Assembly: GCF_039654945.1 (NCBI RefSeq)
Contig: NW_027361703.1
Span: forward strand, 28,086,001 to 28,150,000
DNA: 64,000 bases
Origin: Dendrobates tinctorius
Taxonomy: Eukaryota
Direction: 5' to 3'
Made by a program: the position numbers and the translations under genes. The notes under the pieces are model-generated. The model was not told the origin of the DNA. It made no database searches and was given only the letters and a program-made list of their open reading frames with translations. Positions 39,775 to 52,415 of this stretch are shown here, piece after piece (within the stretch, counting starts at the first letter, position 1; every line of letters starts with the position of its first letter).

Positions 39775-41154
39775 TAATAATGAAATTGCGGGTGTACCTA
39801 CAAGACAACAGCTGAATTCCTGCCTAAGACCACATGCACACATTGAGTATTTGGTGAGTTTTTTACCCCAGTATTTGTAAGCGAAAACCAGGAGTGGAAT
39901 GGTCAGAAGAAAAGCATAATAGAAACATTTGCACCACTTCTGCATTTTTCACCCCCCAAAAATTGGCCTAAAACACCTAAGCCAATTTTTTTTCCAGGTA
40001 GGCTACAATCATACTATCCTTGCTATAATGAAAATCAGCTCATGAGGCAATTACTTCAGTGGACTAGGACTAAGCTTTGGTTGATACATAGCAAACAAGG
40101 TGCACGAGCTGAATGTAAAGGGGTTGTCAGGTTGGATATCTCACAACCTTTCTTAGTTGCCAAAGAAAACTGGAGCATGAGTTGCCCCCAGCTGCTGATT
40201 CCAGTTGGTGCACTGAAACGGCTCCTTGCTTAATTTTTGAACGGTCCTCTGTCTTCTTCATTGCTCACCAATCCATGTAACAGACTTCTGGATTCCTCCA
40301 TTCCTCCAGCTTCTTGTCCCACACTGCTGATTACTCTTTAGCTCTGAGCAGACTAATGGTGTCGACCTTCCTCTTACTGTGCACTTCCTTTGGTAGCTCC
40401 ACCCTTTCGTGGGTAGGACTTTGTTTGACACTTTATCTTTGGTGCCTCCCTCCATTTTCTTCCTTTATCTCCTAGTGGGTAGGCCTTTTCCTTTCATGTA
40501 ACTTTCCCTTGGCATTCACCTCCTACAGCAGGATGGCTACTTTTCACAGGTGCTCCCTTATTTGGGCTTAACCCCTAATGGGTTGGGCATATTCATGCCC
40601 TTCTGCTCTCTCTATGTGTGTTCTTTCTGTCCTGAGACACCAACTGCCATCTTGCCATTTTTTCGCCAGGTGTCTGGAGTGGCCATGGGTGCTCGCTGTG
40701 CACCAACCTATGCCAACATCTTCTTAGGATGGTGGGAGGAGACAGTGGTCTACCAATCTCTTTGGCTTTGTGAAAAAGTTCAACATTGGCACCACTATAT
40801 TGATGACATTTTCTTTAACTGACTGGGTAAGAGTCGGATTGTCTACAGTTTTTGAGTGAGCTCAACTGTAATTCACATGTCTTGTTAACAGTCTCTCTCC
40901 TCGAAAGCTACGTTTTTGGACTTAAAGATATCCATTATTGATGATAACCTGTTCACTGATCTCGTCCGGAAACCTACTGCCACTAACAGCTTACTTCAGT
41001 TTGAGAGTTTCCATCCTATGTACACCAAGAAGGGGGTCTCTATAGATCAGTTTCTTAGGATCTGATGGAACTGTACCTCAGATGAGGGCTTTCATGTAGA
41101 GGCAAAGTCCCTGACAAAGAGATTAAGACAGCGTGGAAAAACTTAAGACAGTTA

Positions 41155-41465
41155 CACACGTGATCAAAATTGTTGGTACTCCTCGTTTAATGACAGAAAA
41201 ACACCCAATGGTGACAGAAATAACTTGAATCTGACAAAAGTAATAATAAATCAAAATCTATGAAAATGAACAAATGAAATTCAGACATTGCTTTTCAACC
41301 ATGCTTCCACAGATTTTTAAAAAAATAAAACTCATGAAACAGGCCTGGACAGAAATAATGGCATTCCTGAAAATAATGTGACAAAAGGGATATGTTAAAT
41401 CAAGGCGTGTCCACTAATTAGCATCACAGATGTCTACAATCTTGGAATCAGTGAGTGGGCCTGCA
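41155..41465 (+). mobile_element. Tc1/mariner-type terminal fragment
   Basis: TA|cacacgtgatcaaaattgttggtac; interrupts the Penelope ORF. Confidence 0.55.
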
Positions 41466-41832
41466 ATTATGTGTCCTTGTCACAGGGTATATGTCAATCA
41501 GACTTCCCAGGAACTGAGAAAATGGGCACATAAGCATTTGTCTGCCATCCATTTAGCAGTGACTGACCTGAAAAAGTTTGTATACACTAAAGGGTTGAGA
41601 CAAGAGCGCAATAGGGTCTTACCTGGGTGAATCGTATGAATTAAAAAGGTATTTATACTCACCCTTTCCAAGAGAGAGTAAAGCCTGTTTAATCGGTATG
41701 TCAGCCTGCTGCACGTCCAACGGTCCACAGCGGTGACCGCAGCAAAGATTCTTAGGAGTAAATTCTTGGACTTTAGGTGCGCTGCCAGACAAATTCCATA
41801 GCCAAACAAGGTTAATAAATTAACCCTTTATT

Positions 41833-41871
41833 CCCTACGCATTTCGAAGTATAACACTTCTTCTTCAGGGG
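41833..41871 (-). ncRNA. Minimal hammerhead (minus copy)
   Basis: ccc-CTGAAGA-a-gaagtgttatacttc-GAAA-tgcg-TA-ggg. Confidence 0.7.
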
Positions 41872-41877
41872 AGACAT

Positions 41878-41913
41878 CCCCTGAAGAAGTGTTATACTTC
41901 GAAACGCGTAGGG
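41878..41913 (+). ncRNA. Minimal hammerhead (plus copy)
   Basis: ccc-CTGAAGA-agtgttatacttc-GAAA-cgcg-TA-ggg. Confidence 0.7.
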
Positions 41914-44900
41914 AATAAAGGGTTAATTTATTAACCTTGTTTGGCTATGGAATTTGTCTGGCAGCGCACCTAAAGTCCAAGAATTTACTCCTAAGAATCT
42001 GACCTGAAAAAGGGTAAGACCTTAACCCCATTGCTGTCCATTTCCTGACAAAACATAGTGGAAATCTAACAACATTAGTTTCTTTGGTCTAGAAAAGATC
42101 ATAGGCGATGGGAGAAGTGGCAGCTGCCAGAAACAATTGTTACAAATAGAGGCAGGATGGATTTTCAACTTACAATCGGTCATCCCATCTGGACTAAATG
42201 AAGGATTACTTTTCACTGAATTTCTGGATTGACTCATCACGATGACCTTCATCGCTTGGATTCCGTTTCACTGTCGATACCTCAGGACATAGCTTTCATA
42301 TACGATTTACATCCTCTCACCTCCTCCACCTCTTGGGATTAATAATGGTTGTACTTGGAGTAGGATTGTTAGCCTTCCATTTTTCATTTCTTCTTTTTCA
42401 TCTTGACATCAGTATCCAGTGCTTGATATCTGCGTTATTAATTGCTTGGATTGACTTTTTTTTACGCTTAAGGCCTTGCTTCATCTTATACGTTTCCAAA
42501 TATCCTCTTGCTTTTCCATTCCAAATACTTGTTGGGGCCCTTGGAATCCTAAGTACCTGGGTTTTGACTATTGTCCTACTTATGACATTCTACTCTATGG
42601 GATGAATGTTTAAATCACATCAATAAAGCACTAAAAACTTTTGCTTTTTTGGCTTCTTTTGGGACCCTTTACTATCAGGTTGAATATATACATATCATTC
42701 CATGATTGGATCTGTACTGGGTTCTGGACCCATCCTTGTCCCCGCCCACCCCCATAAGTTTCCCGAACCATTGTATCTATCTGTTGCTACTTTATTGCAT
42801 TCCACATGCCTCTGTCCAAAATGTCGCCGTTGGACACCGGCCATAGGAATGTATTATATATATCCATCAGCAAGGCTGGCATTTGGGGCAGGCAGACAAG
42901 GCAGCTGCCTGGGGCTCCCACCCACAAAGGGTGCCCCCTGTGTCTGCAGCCCCTTTATGAAGTGCCCAGAGGGTGTACAGGATTACTTACAGTGAATAAC
43001 ACTGTGCATTCTCTGCAATCCTTGATTGTCTCTCCCAAACCCCCTCCGATTCCCCCTCTCTATCCCCTGCAGTGTTAGGTTAGAAGATGAGAGTGAGGGG
43101 GAGGGACACAGCACAGCAGAGGTCAGACCTGGGGCAGGACATGTCTGCAGACCTGTGTGTGCGTTTCCCCTCCTCCTCATCATGGCTGCTTCTACATCAC
43201 TGTCCTGAGATCTGCACAAGTGACATCAGGACCTGGTAAGCATACATATAACCGGTATGTATACAGTGTGTGTCTGTATATGTATACACATATACAGACA
43301 CACACACATATAGTATGTGTGTGCATATATACTGTATATAGTATGATTGTGTATATCTGTGATTCATTTGTGTGTGTTTACATATATATATGCATGTACA
43401 TACAGTATACAGTATGTGTGTCTGTGTATATTATATATGGATACTGCATGTGTGCAGTATATTGTGAAATATATGTATAAAGTGTATATGCATATGTGCA
43501 TACTGTATATACTTGTAACGTTGGTGTGTTTGTACCTTGTTTCCCCGGCTTTACTCTGCTTGTCTCTGCTTTCACCCTTTGTTCCTCTCCCCCTAATGAC
43601 CTGGAATGCTGTTGTCAGTTACCTGTGTGGATGCTGCTCAGTTCCCGGCTCCGCTGTGTAGCTGTACACGCATGTGTGGCTCCGCTGCACTGCATGACCA
43701 CCCACTCATGCGGCCCCTGGCTGCCGCTGTGGAAAGCTATGCACGGGTTGCAAGGTCCTCTGTACTGTGCATAACTTACCACGTGTGTTCAGGCTTGCAG
43801 CTAATGCTAGGTGTCCTTTGCAATGCTGATTTGTGTCTGGCTATGCTTAGGGGTGCACGGCCACACCTTCCTTGCTTTTATGGGGAATGGGTGTGTGCTA
43901 CGCCTGAGGCCTGAGAGAGAGGCCATCCTAGTATGCCATGCCAGATGACCCTGGATTGCATCAACCTGTGATGACCCCTGCCATCATCTGATGTCTGTCC
44001 GAGGTTGGTGTCTGATGTTCTTCTGCTGAGCCTGTGCTACACCTGAGACCTGAGAGAGAGGTCATCCTAGTATGCCCATGCCAGATGACCCTGGACTGCA
44101 TCAACCCGTGATGTCCTCATGCCTTCGTCTGTTATCCTGAGACGTGTACCTTTCCCTGATGTGTGGAATCGGGAGCCTGGCATAGTTATGTTTCGTTTAT
44201 GTACTGTGATTTCGTTTGAGTAAACTTTATGTTCTCCACACCTGAAGTTGTGCGGTGTCATATAGTTCTGCACATCGCCATCTTGTCCAAATGCTCAGCT
44301 GCCACAGACCCTGCTTGCTGCCTTTCCCTAGTCTGAGTAGGTCCAGGTTACTCTATGTGGTCCAATGGGTCCAAATTCCATCCCCACCTGGGACGCTTGC
44401 CCCACATCGTTGTGGTTGGGCGAAGTGGAGGCATAGGCTGGGCCGCGTCCGCGGTCGCAGTCAAAACAGTAAGCTCTGGCCATGGACTCCGCTGAGAATG
44501 TGTGTACTGCAGAACTTTTCCCGAGCCCCGCCTTGTCAGCGGATTAGACTGCTCGGACTCCACCTGCTAGTGGATTAGATTGCTCAATCCAGTGCTTAGT
44601 TGGAATCGGATTGGATTTTTTGAGCTATGGACTCTGCTGCCATTTTGTGAACTGCGGGACTTACCGCCTTACCCACCAGAATTTTCTGGGGAATTTTTTT
44701 TTCTCTTGGGCCTTTAGAAGATGGGGCCTGAGGAGGGGTATAATGTAACGCTGGTGTGTTTGTACCTTGTTTCCCTGGCGTTACTCTGCTTGTCACTGCT
44801 TTAACCCTTTGCTCCTCTCCCCCCCAGTGAGCTGGAATGCTGTTGTCAGTTACCTGTGTGGATGCTGCTCAGGTCCCGGCTCTGCTGCGTAGCCGTACAT

Positions 44901-45013
44901 GCATGTGTGGCTCCACTGCGCTGCATGAACACCCGCTTGTGCGGTCCCTGGCTGCCGCTGTGGAAAGATTTCTGTGGGTTGCAACGTCCTCTGCACTGTG
45001 CATGACTTACCAC

Positions 45014-45340
45014 TAGGGATGGGCGAATCCTGAAATATTCGGAATCGCTAGGCTGTAACGAGTCCGACTTGGAAACTCGCTATTCGTTGCAAGTCTAGCG
45101 AGTCCAATGTTAATGAATGGGGATGCGAGTTTTGCAGCGATTCCTGTGCTTGGGAGGAGGAGAATGGGGATGCAGATTTTTTTTTTTGCAGAGTTTCTTA
45201 GCGATTTTGTGTCAGCAGCTGGACACAAAATCGCTAAGAAACTAGGATTGCTTGTATTAAACTATTAAAAAACTAGCTAGGAGTTCTCTCTCTCTGTTTT
45301 GCAGCGATTCCTGTGCTGGGGAGGAGGAGAATGGGGATGC

Positions 45341-45386
<46 letters not shown>

Positions 45387-45790
45387 CTCCTAGCTAGTTT
45401 TTTCACAGTTTAATACAAGCAATCCTAGTTTCTTAGCGATTTTGTGTCCAGCTAGGACACACAAAACTAGCTAGGAGTTCTCTCTCTCTCTCCCCTCCAG
45501 CACAGGAATCGCTGCAAAACTCGCATCCCCATTCTCCTCCTCCCCAGCACAGGAATCCCCCAGCACAGGAATCGCTGCAAAACAGAGAGAGAGAACTCCT
45601 AGCTAGTTTTTTCACAGTTTAATACAAGCAATCCTAGTTTCTTAGCGATTTTGTGTCCAGCTGCTGACACAAAATCGCTAAGAAACTCTGCAAAAACTAG
45701 GATTGCCATTCATTTGCATTGGACTCGTTACTGTGCGAGTAATCGCTTGGAAACTCGCAGAGTACCGACTCCTGCGAGTCCCCTACTACT
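45014..45790. mobile_element. hAT-type MITE left part with nested internal palindromes and (GA)n
   Basis: Starts tagggatgggcgaa; 45186-45320 mirrors 45558-45695. Confidence 0.65.
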
Positions 45791-46062
45791 CGCAGAGTAG
45801 CCCGTGCGCACCGAACGCAGCATGTTGCATTTCGGCGCGCATGGCGCACCTTCAAAAGTGCGCAGCGCACGCCAAAATCCTACTAGTGCACGGCCAGCGC
45901 ACGATCTGCGCACCCTATGCTAAAGATAAGGTGCGCAGATCGAAAGCGTCCATGTGCGATAGTAGGTGGCGATGACCGGATGGGGTGGGCAGGGATCCGG
46001 CAGGGGGCGGGGCTTAGTGGCGCCATGCGCTGCGTCGAATAAACGCTAGTGTGAAACTAGCC
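45790..46062. mobile_element. Harbinger-type MITE right end
   Basis: gtgtgaaactagcc|TAA, the same terminus as at 63562. Confidence 0.55.
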
Positions 46063-47362
46063 TAATCTGTGTCTCCTCCCATTCAGTTCCATCCCATTGC
46101 TTCTAGTCTTTCCTTGTGCAAATGAGAATAAAGATGATCCTTCTACAATGTGACAGCCCTTGAGATATTTGTAGACAGCTATTAAGTCTCCTCTCAGCCT
46201 TCTCTTTTGCAAGCTAGACATTCCGAAATCCTGTAACCTTTCCTCATAAGACAGGGTTTGCAGACCGGTCACCATTCTGGTCGCTCTTTTCTGAACTTGC
46301 TCCAGTTTGTTGATGTCTTTTTTAAAATGTGGCACCCAAAACTGGACACATTATTCCAGATGAGGTCTGACCAAAGAGGAGTAGAGGGCAATAATGACTT
46401 CACGTGATCTAGACTGTATGTTTCTGTTAATACATCCTAGAATTGCATTTGCCTTTTTTGCTGCTGCATCACACTGTTGACTCATATTCAGTCTGTGATC
46501 TATTAGTATACCCAAGTCTTTTTCACATGAGCTGTTGCTTAGCCCTACTTCTACCATTCTGTATATGCTTTTTTCATTTTTATTGACCAGATGTAAACTT
46601 TGCATTTTTCCCTGTTAAAAACGATTCTGTTAGTTGCTGCCCACTGCTCCAATTTATTTATATATTTTTGAATCCTCTCTCTCTCTTCTCTAGTATTAGC
46701 TAACCCTCCTAGCTTTGTGTCATCAGCAAATTTAATCAGTTTACTCTCAATTCCTTCATCTAAATCATTGATAGAGATGTTGAACAATACAGGTCCCAGG
46801 ACAGAGCCCTGTGGTACCCCACTTGAGACATTCTTCCAACTGGATGTGCAGCTATTTATGACCACTCTTTGGGTCCGATCACTAAGCCAGTTATGAATCC
46901 ATCTAACAGTTGCCTTGTCCATTACATACTTAGTCATTTTTTCAATAAGGATTGTGTGAGATACTTTGTCAAATGCTTTGCTGAAGTCAAGATATACTAT
47001 ATCTACAGCATTTCCCTGATCCACCCAGTCAGTGATTCTGTCATAGAAGGAAAATAAGTTAGTCTGACATGACTTATTAGTTACAAACCAATGCTGACTC
47101 TGTTTAATCACTTCATTCTTATCCAGGTACTTACATACATGTTGCTTAATAATTTGTACAAAGATCTTTCCTGGTATAGAAGTCAGACTCACTGGCCTAT
47201 AGTTGCCTGGGTCCACCTTCTATAATAATAATAATAATAATAATCTTTATTTTTATATAGCGCTAACATATTCCGCAGCGCTTTACAGTTTGCACACATC
47301 ATCATCACTGTCCCCGATGGGGCTCACAATCTAAATTCCCTATCAGTATGTCTTTGGAATGT

Positions 47363-47393
<31 letters not shown>

Positions 47394-49470
47394 ACGCAAA
47401 CACGGGGAGAACATACAAACTCCTTGCAGATGTTGTCCTTGGTGGGATTCGAACCCAGGACCCCAGCGCTGCAAGGCTGCAGCGCTAACCACTGAGCCAC
47501 CGTGCCTTCTTCCCCCTTTTGAAGATAGGAACAACATTTCCTCTTCTCCAGTCTTCTGGGACTTCTCCTGTTCTCCAAGAATTTTCAAAGATTATGGAGA
47601 GGGGTTCAAAAATTTCTTCTGCTATCTCCTTCAGTACTCTGGGGTGTAATTCATCTGGACCTGGAGACTTGAATTCATTTAGTTTAGCTAAGTGTTTCCT
47701 CACTATCTTTCTGTCTATAGATATCCTAGATTCTTCTATTCCCTTAATAGGACAGTGAAGAACAGTTGATGTTACATTTTCTTTCTGAGAGAAAACAGAT
47801 GCAAAATAGGAATTTAAAAGTTCGGCCTTCTCAACATCCTGTCTTACCATTTCATCATTTTCATCCTGTAAAAATCCTATAGCATCTTTGACTTTTCTTT
47901 TACTTTTGACATATCTCCAAAATCCTTTATTATTGCTTTTGACGTCTCTTTCTCTTGCAATCCTCAATTCATTGTCAGCTTTAGTAATCTGATTGGTGCC
48001 CTGTAGGTTCTGCAGACAGCATTATATTCTTCTTTAGATATGCCTCCCTCTTTCCATTTTATAAACATTTCTTTCTTCCTTTTTAGCATGTGCTTAAGTT
48101 CTGTGTTCATCCATCCTGGTTTCCTTAAATGCTTCCTATTCTTCCCTCTTTTCGGAATTGTTAACAATTGTGCTTTGAGAATTTCATTTTTCAAGATTTC
48201 CCATCCTTCCTGGACATTTTTGTCCTTAAGGATATCCAGCCATTGGATCCCTCCAATTCTCTTTCTGAGTACCTTAAAATCTGCCTTTCTGAAATCAAAC
48301 CTTGACGTCTGAGTCTTCACAGGTCTTCCTCCTCTAGTTATCCAAAATTCTAAAATAGCATGGTCGCTACCTCCTAGACTCTCAGCCACTTTTACATCCT
48401 CAACCAATTCCTCCCTGTTTATGAGGATTAGATCCAAGGTAGCAGATCCCCTTGTTTTCTCCACCTTTTGGAAGATAAAGTTGTCAGCAAGAGAGGATAA
48501 GAATTTCCTTGACCTGATAGTTTTGCCTGAGAGAGATTCCCAACAAATGTCTGGATAGTTGAAATCTCCCATGACAACTATGTCATATTTTTTGGAGAAC
48601 TTGGCCATTTGATGCATAAAGAGTTCATCCATATCTTCAGCTTTTACTGGAGGCCTGTAGTTAATGCCTACAATGGTGTCCTTTCCATTGTTCTGTCCTT
48701 ATATTCTTACCCAAACAGTTTCCACAGAACTCCCAGTCTCTGAAGCTTCAATCTCTGTGCAGACATACGCATTTCTAACATACAATGCGACACTTCCTCC
48801 TCGTTTATCAAGTCTGTTTCTTGCAAGTAAGTTGTATCCTTCTAACCTTGTATTCCAATCATGTGTATTGTCTCACCAAATTTCAGTGATTCCAATGAAA
48901 TCATATTTCTTTTCCTGCGTTAGTAGTTCCAATTCTCCTTGTTTGTTGCCCATGCTTTGTGCATTAGTATAGAAACATTTTAGTTTGTGATTGGTTTCAC
49001 TTTCTCCAATATTTTTATTATTTAGATTCTTTAGTCTTTGTTATTTCCTCCCACTTCTAATAGCAGAATCCTCCATAACATTTGTCAGGTGTATGGCTTT
49101 TTCTGGCCTTATGCTTCCCTCCCACGTTGTTCTAGTTTAAAGCTCTCCTGATGAGTGTAGCAAGGCGACTGCCAACTACATGTTTTCCAGTCTTCGTAAG
49201 GTGCACCCCATCTCTAGCAAGTAGTCCATCGTATAGGTAATTCACTCCGTGATCCAGAAATCCAAAACCTTGCTGACGGCACCATCGACGTAGCCAGTTG
49301 TTCACCTGCAGAATCTTATTCCATCTCCTTGTTCCATGGCTATCCACTGGGAGGATGGAAGAGAAGACCACCTGCGCTCCCAGTTGTTTCACTTTCTTAC
49401 CTAAGTTTTCAAAGTCACTGCAGATTGTTTCCAGGTCGTTTCTTGCTGTATCATTTGTCCCCACATGTAC
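46063..49470 (-). mobile_element. CR1 LINE: ORF1 SGNH esterase remnant (49132-49470) and ORF2 APE-RT (46063-48980)
   Basis: HVGTND...DGVHL; YTNAQSMGNK; MGDFNYPDICW; DPGNYRPVSLTS; GVPQGSVLGP; KFADDTKL. Confidence 0.95.
47222..47506 (-). mobile_element. tRNA-derived SINE with an L2-type tail, inserted in CR1
   Basis: A box tggctcagtgg, B box gttcgaatcc, (TTA)n tail, TSD-like ccttct. Confidence 0.9.
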
Positions 49471-51751
49471 TGTGATTAAGTTTGAGTAAACTTTATGTTT
49501 TTCATACCTGAATTTGTGTGGTGTCATTTAGTCCTGCACGTCGCCATCTCTTCCACATGCTCAGCTGCCACAGACCCTGCTCGCTGCCCTTCCCTAGTCT
49601 GGGTAGGTCCAGGCTACCCTATGTGGTCCAGTGGGTCCACCTTCCATCCCCACCTGGGACACTCGCCCCACGTCATCGTGGTCGGGCGACGTGGAGGCGT
49701 CGACTGGGCTGCGTCCACGGTCACAACAATGCTGTATAGAAACTGAATGTTTCTGTGTATATACCTTATATTTGTCCTTGTACCCACTATATGTGTCTGT
49801 ATACTGTATATACAATATGTAGGGTATGTTTCTATATTTATAAAGTATATATAATGTGTGTACATAGTTCTGTAATTGTAGTGTTGCCATAATAGGGATC
49901 AGCAGTTTATGTCTAATGCCTGTGTTTTACATTAGGGCCTGTTTGTGTGCAGGATGCAGTGATGGACAAGAGGCAGAGCAAGGGTTAACAGTTTAACTTA
50001 ACAGGGGAATAATGAACAAGGTAACGGCAGTTCTGTTGTACACTTATCGTGTCAGAAATTTCTCCAACTATAGATGCTCCTTGAAAGTCAGTAGCACCGA
50101 AAACAGCTGGTGCTGTGCTTGTCCAAGAAGGTCCTGCTGGTAATGGTGGTCTGTCTTCTGGCTGCAGTGGTCATTGTCTGGTACCTTCCACTGGGCCCCC
50201 AGTCCAAATATTGATGTGGCCGGAGGAGCATGAGCCACGGCACTGTCTGAGCCCGATGTGGCTTGGCAGATATATCCTGGTGAATTGGGGTGCAGATGGC
50301 AGTCCTGCACCTGATCTCTCTCTGGCAGCACATATGCAGTACTCACTAGCCCGGAACGTTCAACACCTCGCTCTGTGGTGACCAATGGGCACACTGCACA
50401 TTTCTCCTCACAGTCCATGTCAGCAGTGGTGGTGGCGGTGCTTGGGCGCGGGCCTGCGCTGTATGGATGCTACGGGGCCGGAGTACTCACTGGTCCTGGC
50501 TGCTCGCTGTCTGATTCTGCCAAGTCTCTCTCTAGGCCACAGAGTCTGTCTGTTGCAGTCCATTGCAGTGCCAGCAGGTCGGGTGCAGAGCACGCTGCCT
50601 GCCCTCCTGTTCACATGCTGACGGCGGGGGCCTCTCTGCAGCTTTGCGCATTTTCTCCCTCAGCTTCCGGCTGGGTTCAATTCTCTAAACATGCCCCCAC
50701 TTCCTGAGTCATAGGGCCTGTCCGGTCCCCTATTCCTTCCCCCAGGAAACAGGGGAAGCAGCCTCAGCAGTTACGGACCCGGCTCGATACTGGTACTTGC
50801 AGCATGGTCTTCCTCCTTACATTTTCACACTTTCTTTCTTTACTGTACCCGGTGGGTTGTGCCTGAATTCCCTATAGAGCCATAGATTGCAATGACAGGA
50901 ATGGAGTTCACATGAATTCCACAGGTGATGTTTTTTTTTTCTGAATGTGTCCATGTGTTCCAACAGCCACAGAAAAGTGGACACTTTTAGACGAAAAAAC
51001 AGAAACAGACTCTGAGGGTTGGTGCGCACGGACAGTAAAAGCTGCAGGTTGGATGCTGTGTGCTTGTGCAGCGTTCAGATGTTACAGCATAGTGGATGGG
51101 ATCTCAAGAAATCCCATGCTCACTATGCATTCACAGAAGCCCACGAATCACCCGCAGAGATGGACATGCGGCACGTCTTTCCAGATCTCAACATGTCTAT
51201 TTATCTTGTGGTGACGTGATAAATCTCACATGTACATGATGTTGGTAGTGTCAAGTTGTTTACCTGAGGGGAAACTAGCATCACAGCATCCCCTAGCCTC
51301 CCCCTGTGTAACCTTCGTTACGCCGCTCACCAAAAACACGGAGACTAGGAATTTCTTTTGGAATGTTATGGCCACAGCAGTCTTTATTAAACACCAAACA
51401 ATAAACAGTGAATCATAAATCACATAAATACAATAACTTGAACACTGAGAAGGAGTCCGTGAAGCCCCCTTGTTGAAGAAGCCCGAAATGCTGTGGACAA
51501 AACCCATCATGATTGCTCCCAGCCGTTACCCCACTGGCTCGGGAGCACCAACACCGATATATATTGTCCACTAAGCTACATGGGGATCCTCCCACTTCTG
51601 TCAGAAACTCCCCATCCACCTTTCACCAGATCACCCCCAACATACCTTTGAACGAAGGAGACCCTAGACACTGAGTCTCCAAAACCAATTTTCAACTGAC
51701 TTCAAGGACTCCCCACTCTCCAAACCGCCACAATGAGGGCCCTTGAACACC

Positions 51752-52384
51752 TCAATGGCCCGAGACCCCCCAACATGCTATGGCCCGCTCAATGCCCTTC
51801 TGAAGACCGAGAGCCCAAATATCGGAGCCAACCGAATTCAGATGAACCCCATCGGCCAGCAAAAAATCACCCTCGCCCTTTTCCAAATCAAAGTGTCGAA
51901 CGGCCACTCCCCCATTCCTGATGACAAAAGAAGACACAGCCCTGTTTACCTTTATCCTGGCCTTGCTGACCTTTGTTAAAGACCTCATGGAACGCCATCG
52001 CCTACGAGGGACGATGTCAGACCAAACAATAGTGACCCCTCGGTATAGCAACCACAGGCGCAAACAATCCTGCTTGATGTCCCTTATCAATTCCTGAAAC
52101 GGTCGAACCGCCAAGTCGTTACCCCCAACATGTAGCAACAGGATGTCCGGAGCGCGGTCCAACCGAACGCACTCGTGTATTTCTGGCAAGACCCATCTCC
52201 ACTCAATCCCCCTAAAACCACACCAACGCAACAAGGCCGTAGTCCTGAAAAACCCCAACTGTCTGCCTTCGTTCCTGACATCGGCTCGCAATGCTCCCCA
52301 GTAAACGAAGGAATGACCAAAAATCCACACCAGCAACGGCTCGACACCTGAAATAAAAAAGGCAATGCAAAACATCAAACCCAA
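51752..52384 (-). CDS. Ngaro-associated SGNH hydrolase ORF (open)
   Basis: IFGHSFV (block I), HVGGNDL (block III), ADGVHL (block V). Confidence 0.85.
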   Translation of the reverse strand: MGLMFCIAFFISGVEPLLVWIFGHSFVYWGALRADVRNEGRQLGFFRTTALLRWCGFRGIEWRWVLPEIHECVRLDRAPDILLLHVGGNDLAVRPFQELIRDIKQDCLRLWLLYRGVTIVWSDIVPRRRWRSMRSLTKVSKARIKVNRAVSSFVIRNGGVAVRHFDLEKGEGDFLLADGVHLNSVGSDIWALGLQKGIERAIACWGVSGH

Positions 52385-52415
52385 CCTAAATTAAACGTGG
52401 ATGCAACCCTCTGCA

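Larger units (their letters stand above)
41577..41998. mobile_element. Non-coding Penelope pLTR insertion with a ~125-bp inverted repeat and two divergent hammerheads
   Basis: 14-bp TSD ctgacctgaaaaag; arms 41746-41872 / 41877-42000. Confidence 0.85.
40660..42235 (+). pseudogene. Penelope-like RT and GIY-YIG remnant, interrupted
   Basis: GVAMGARCAPTYANIFLG; YIDDIF; RKPTATNSLL; CPCHRVYVNQTSQELRK; LLQIEAGWIFNLQSVIPSGLNE. Confidence 0.88.
43514..49728 (+). mobile_element. Non-autonomous LTR retrotransposon: LTR1 43514-44468, ~275-bp internal region, LTR2 44744-45013 plus 49465-49728
   Basis: Both LTRs start TGTAACG; PPT gaggagggg before LTR2; TSD atact/atgct. Confidence 0.8.

Noticed and set aside
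39017-39945. His/Thr/Cys-rich ORFs of 150-217 aa
   Set aside because: Translations of (TG)n-rich repeats inside a Helitron.
47430-47506. tRNA gene
   Set aside because: It is the tRNA-derived head of a SINE with body, tail and TSD.
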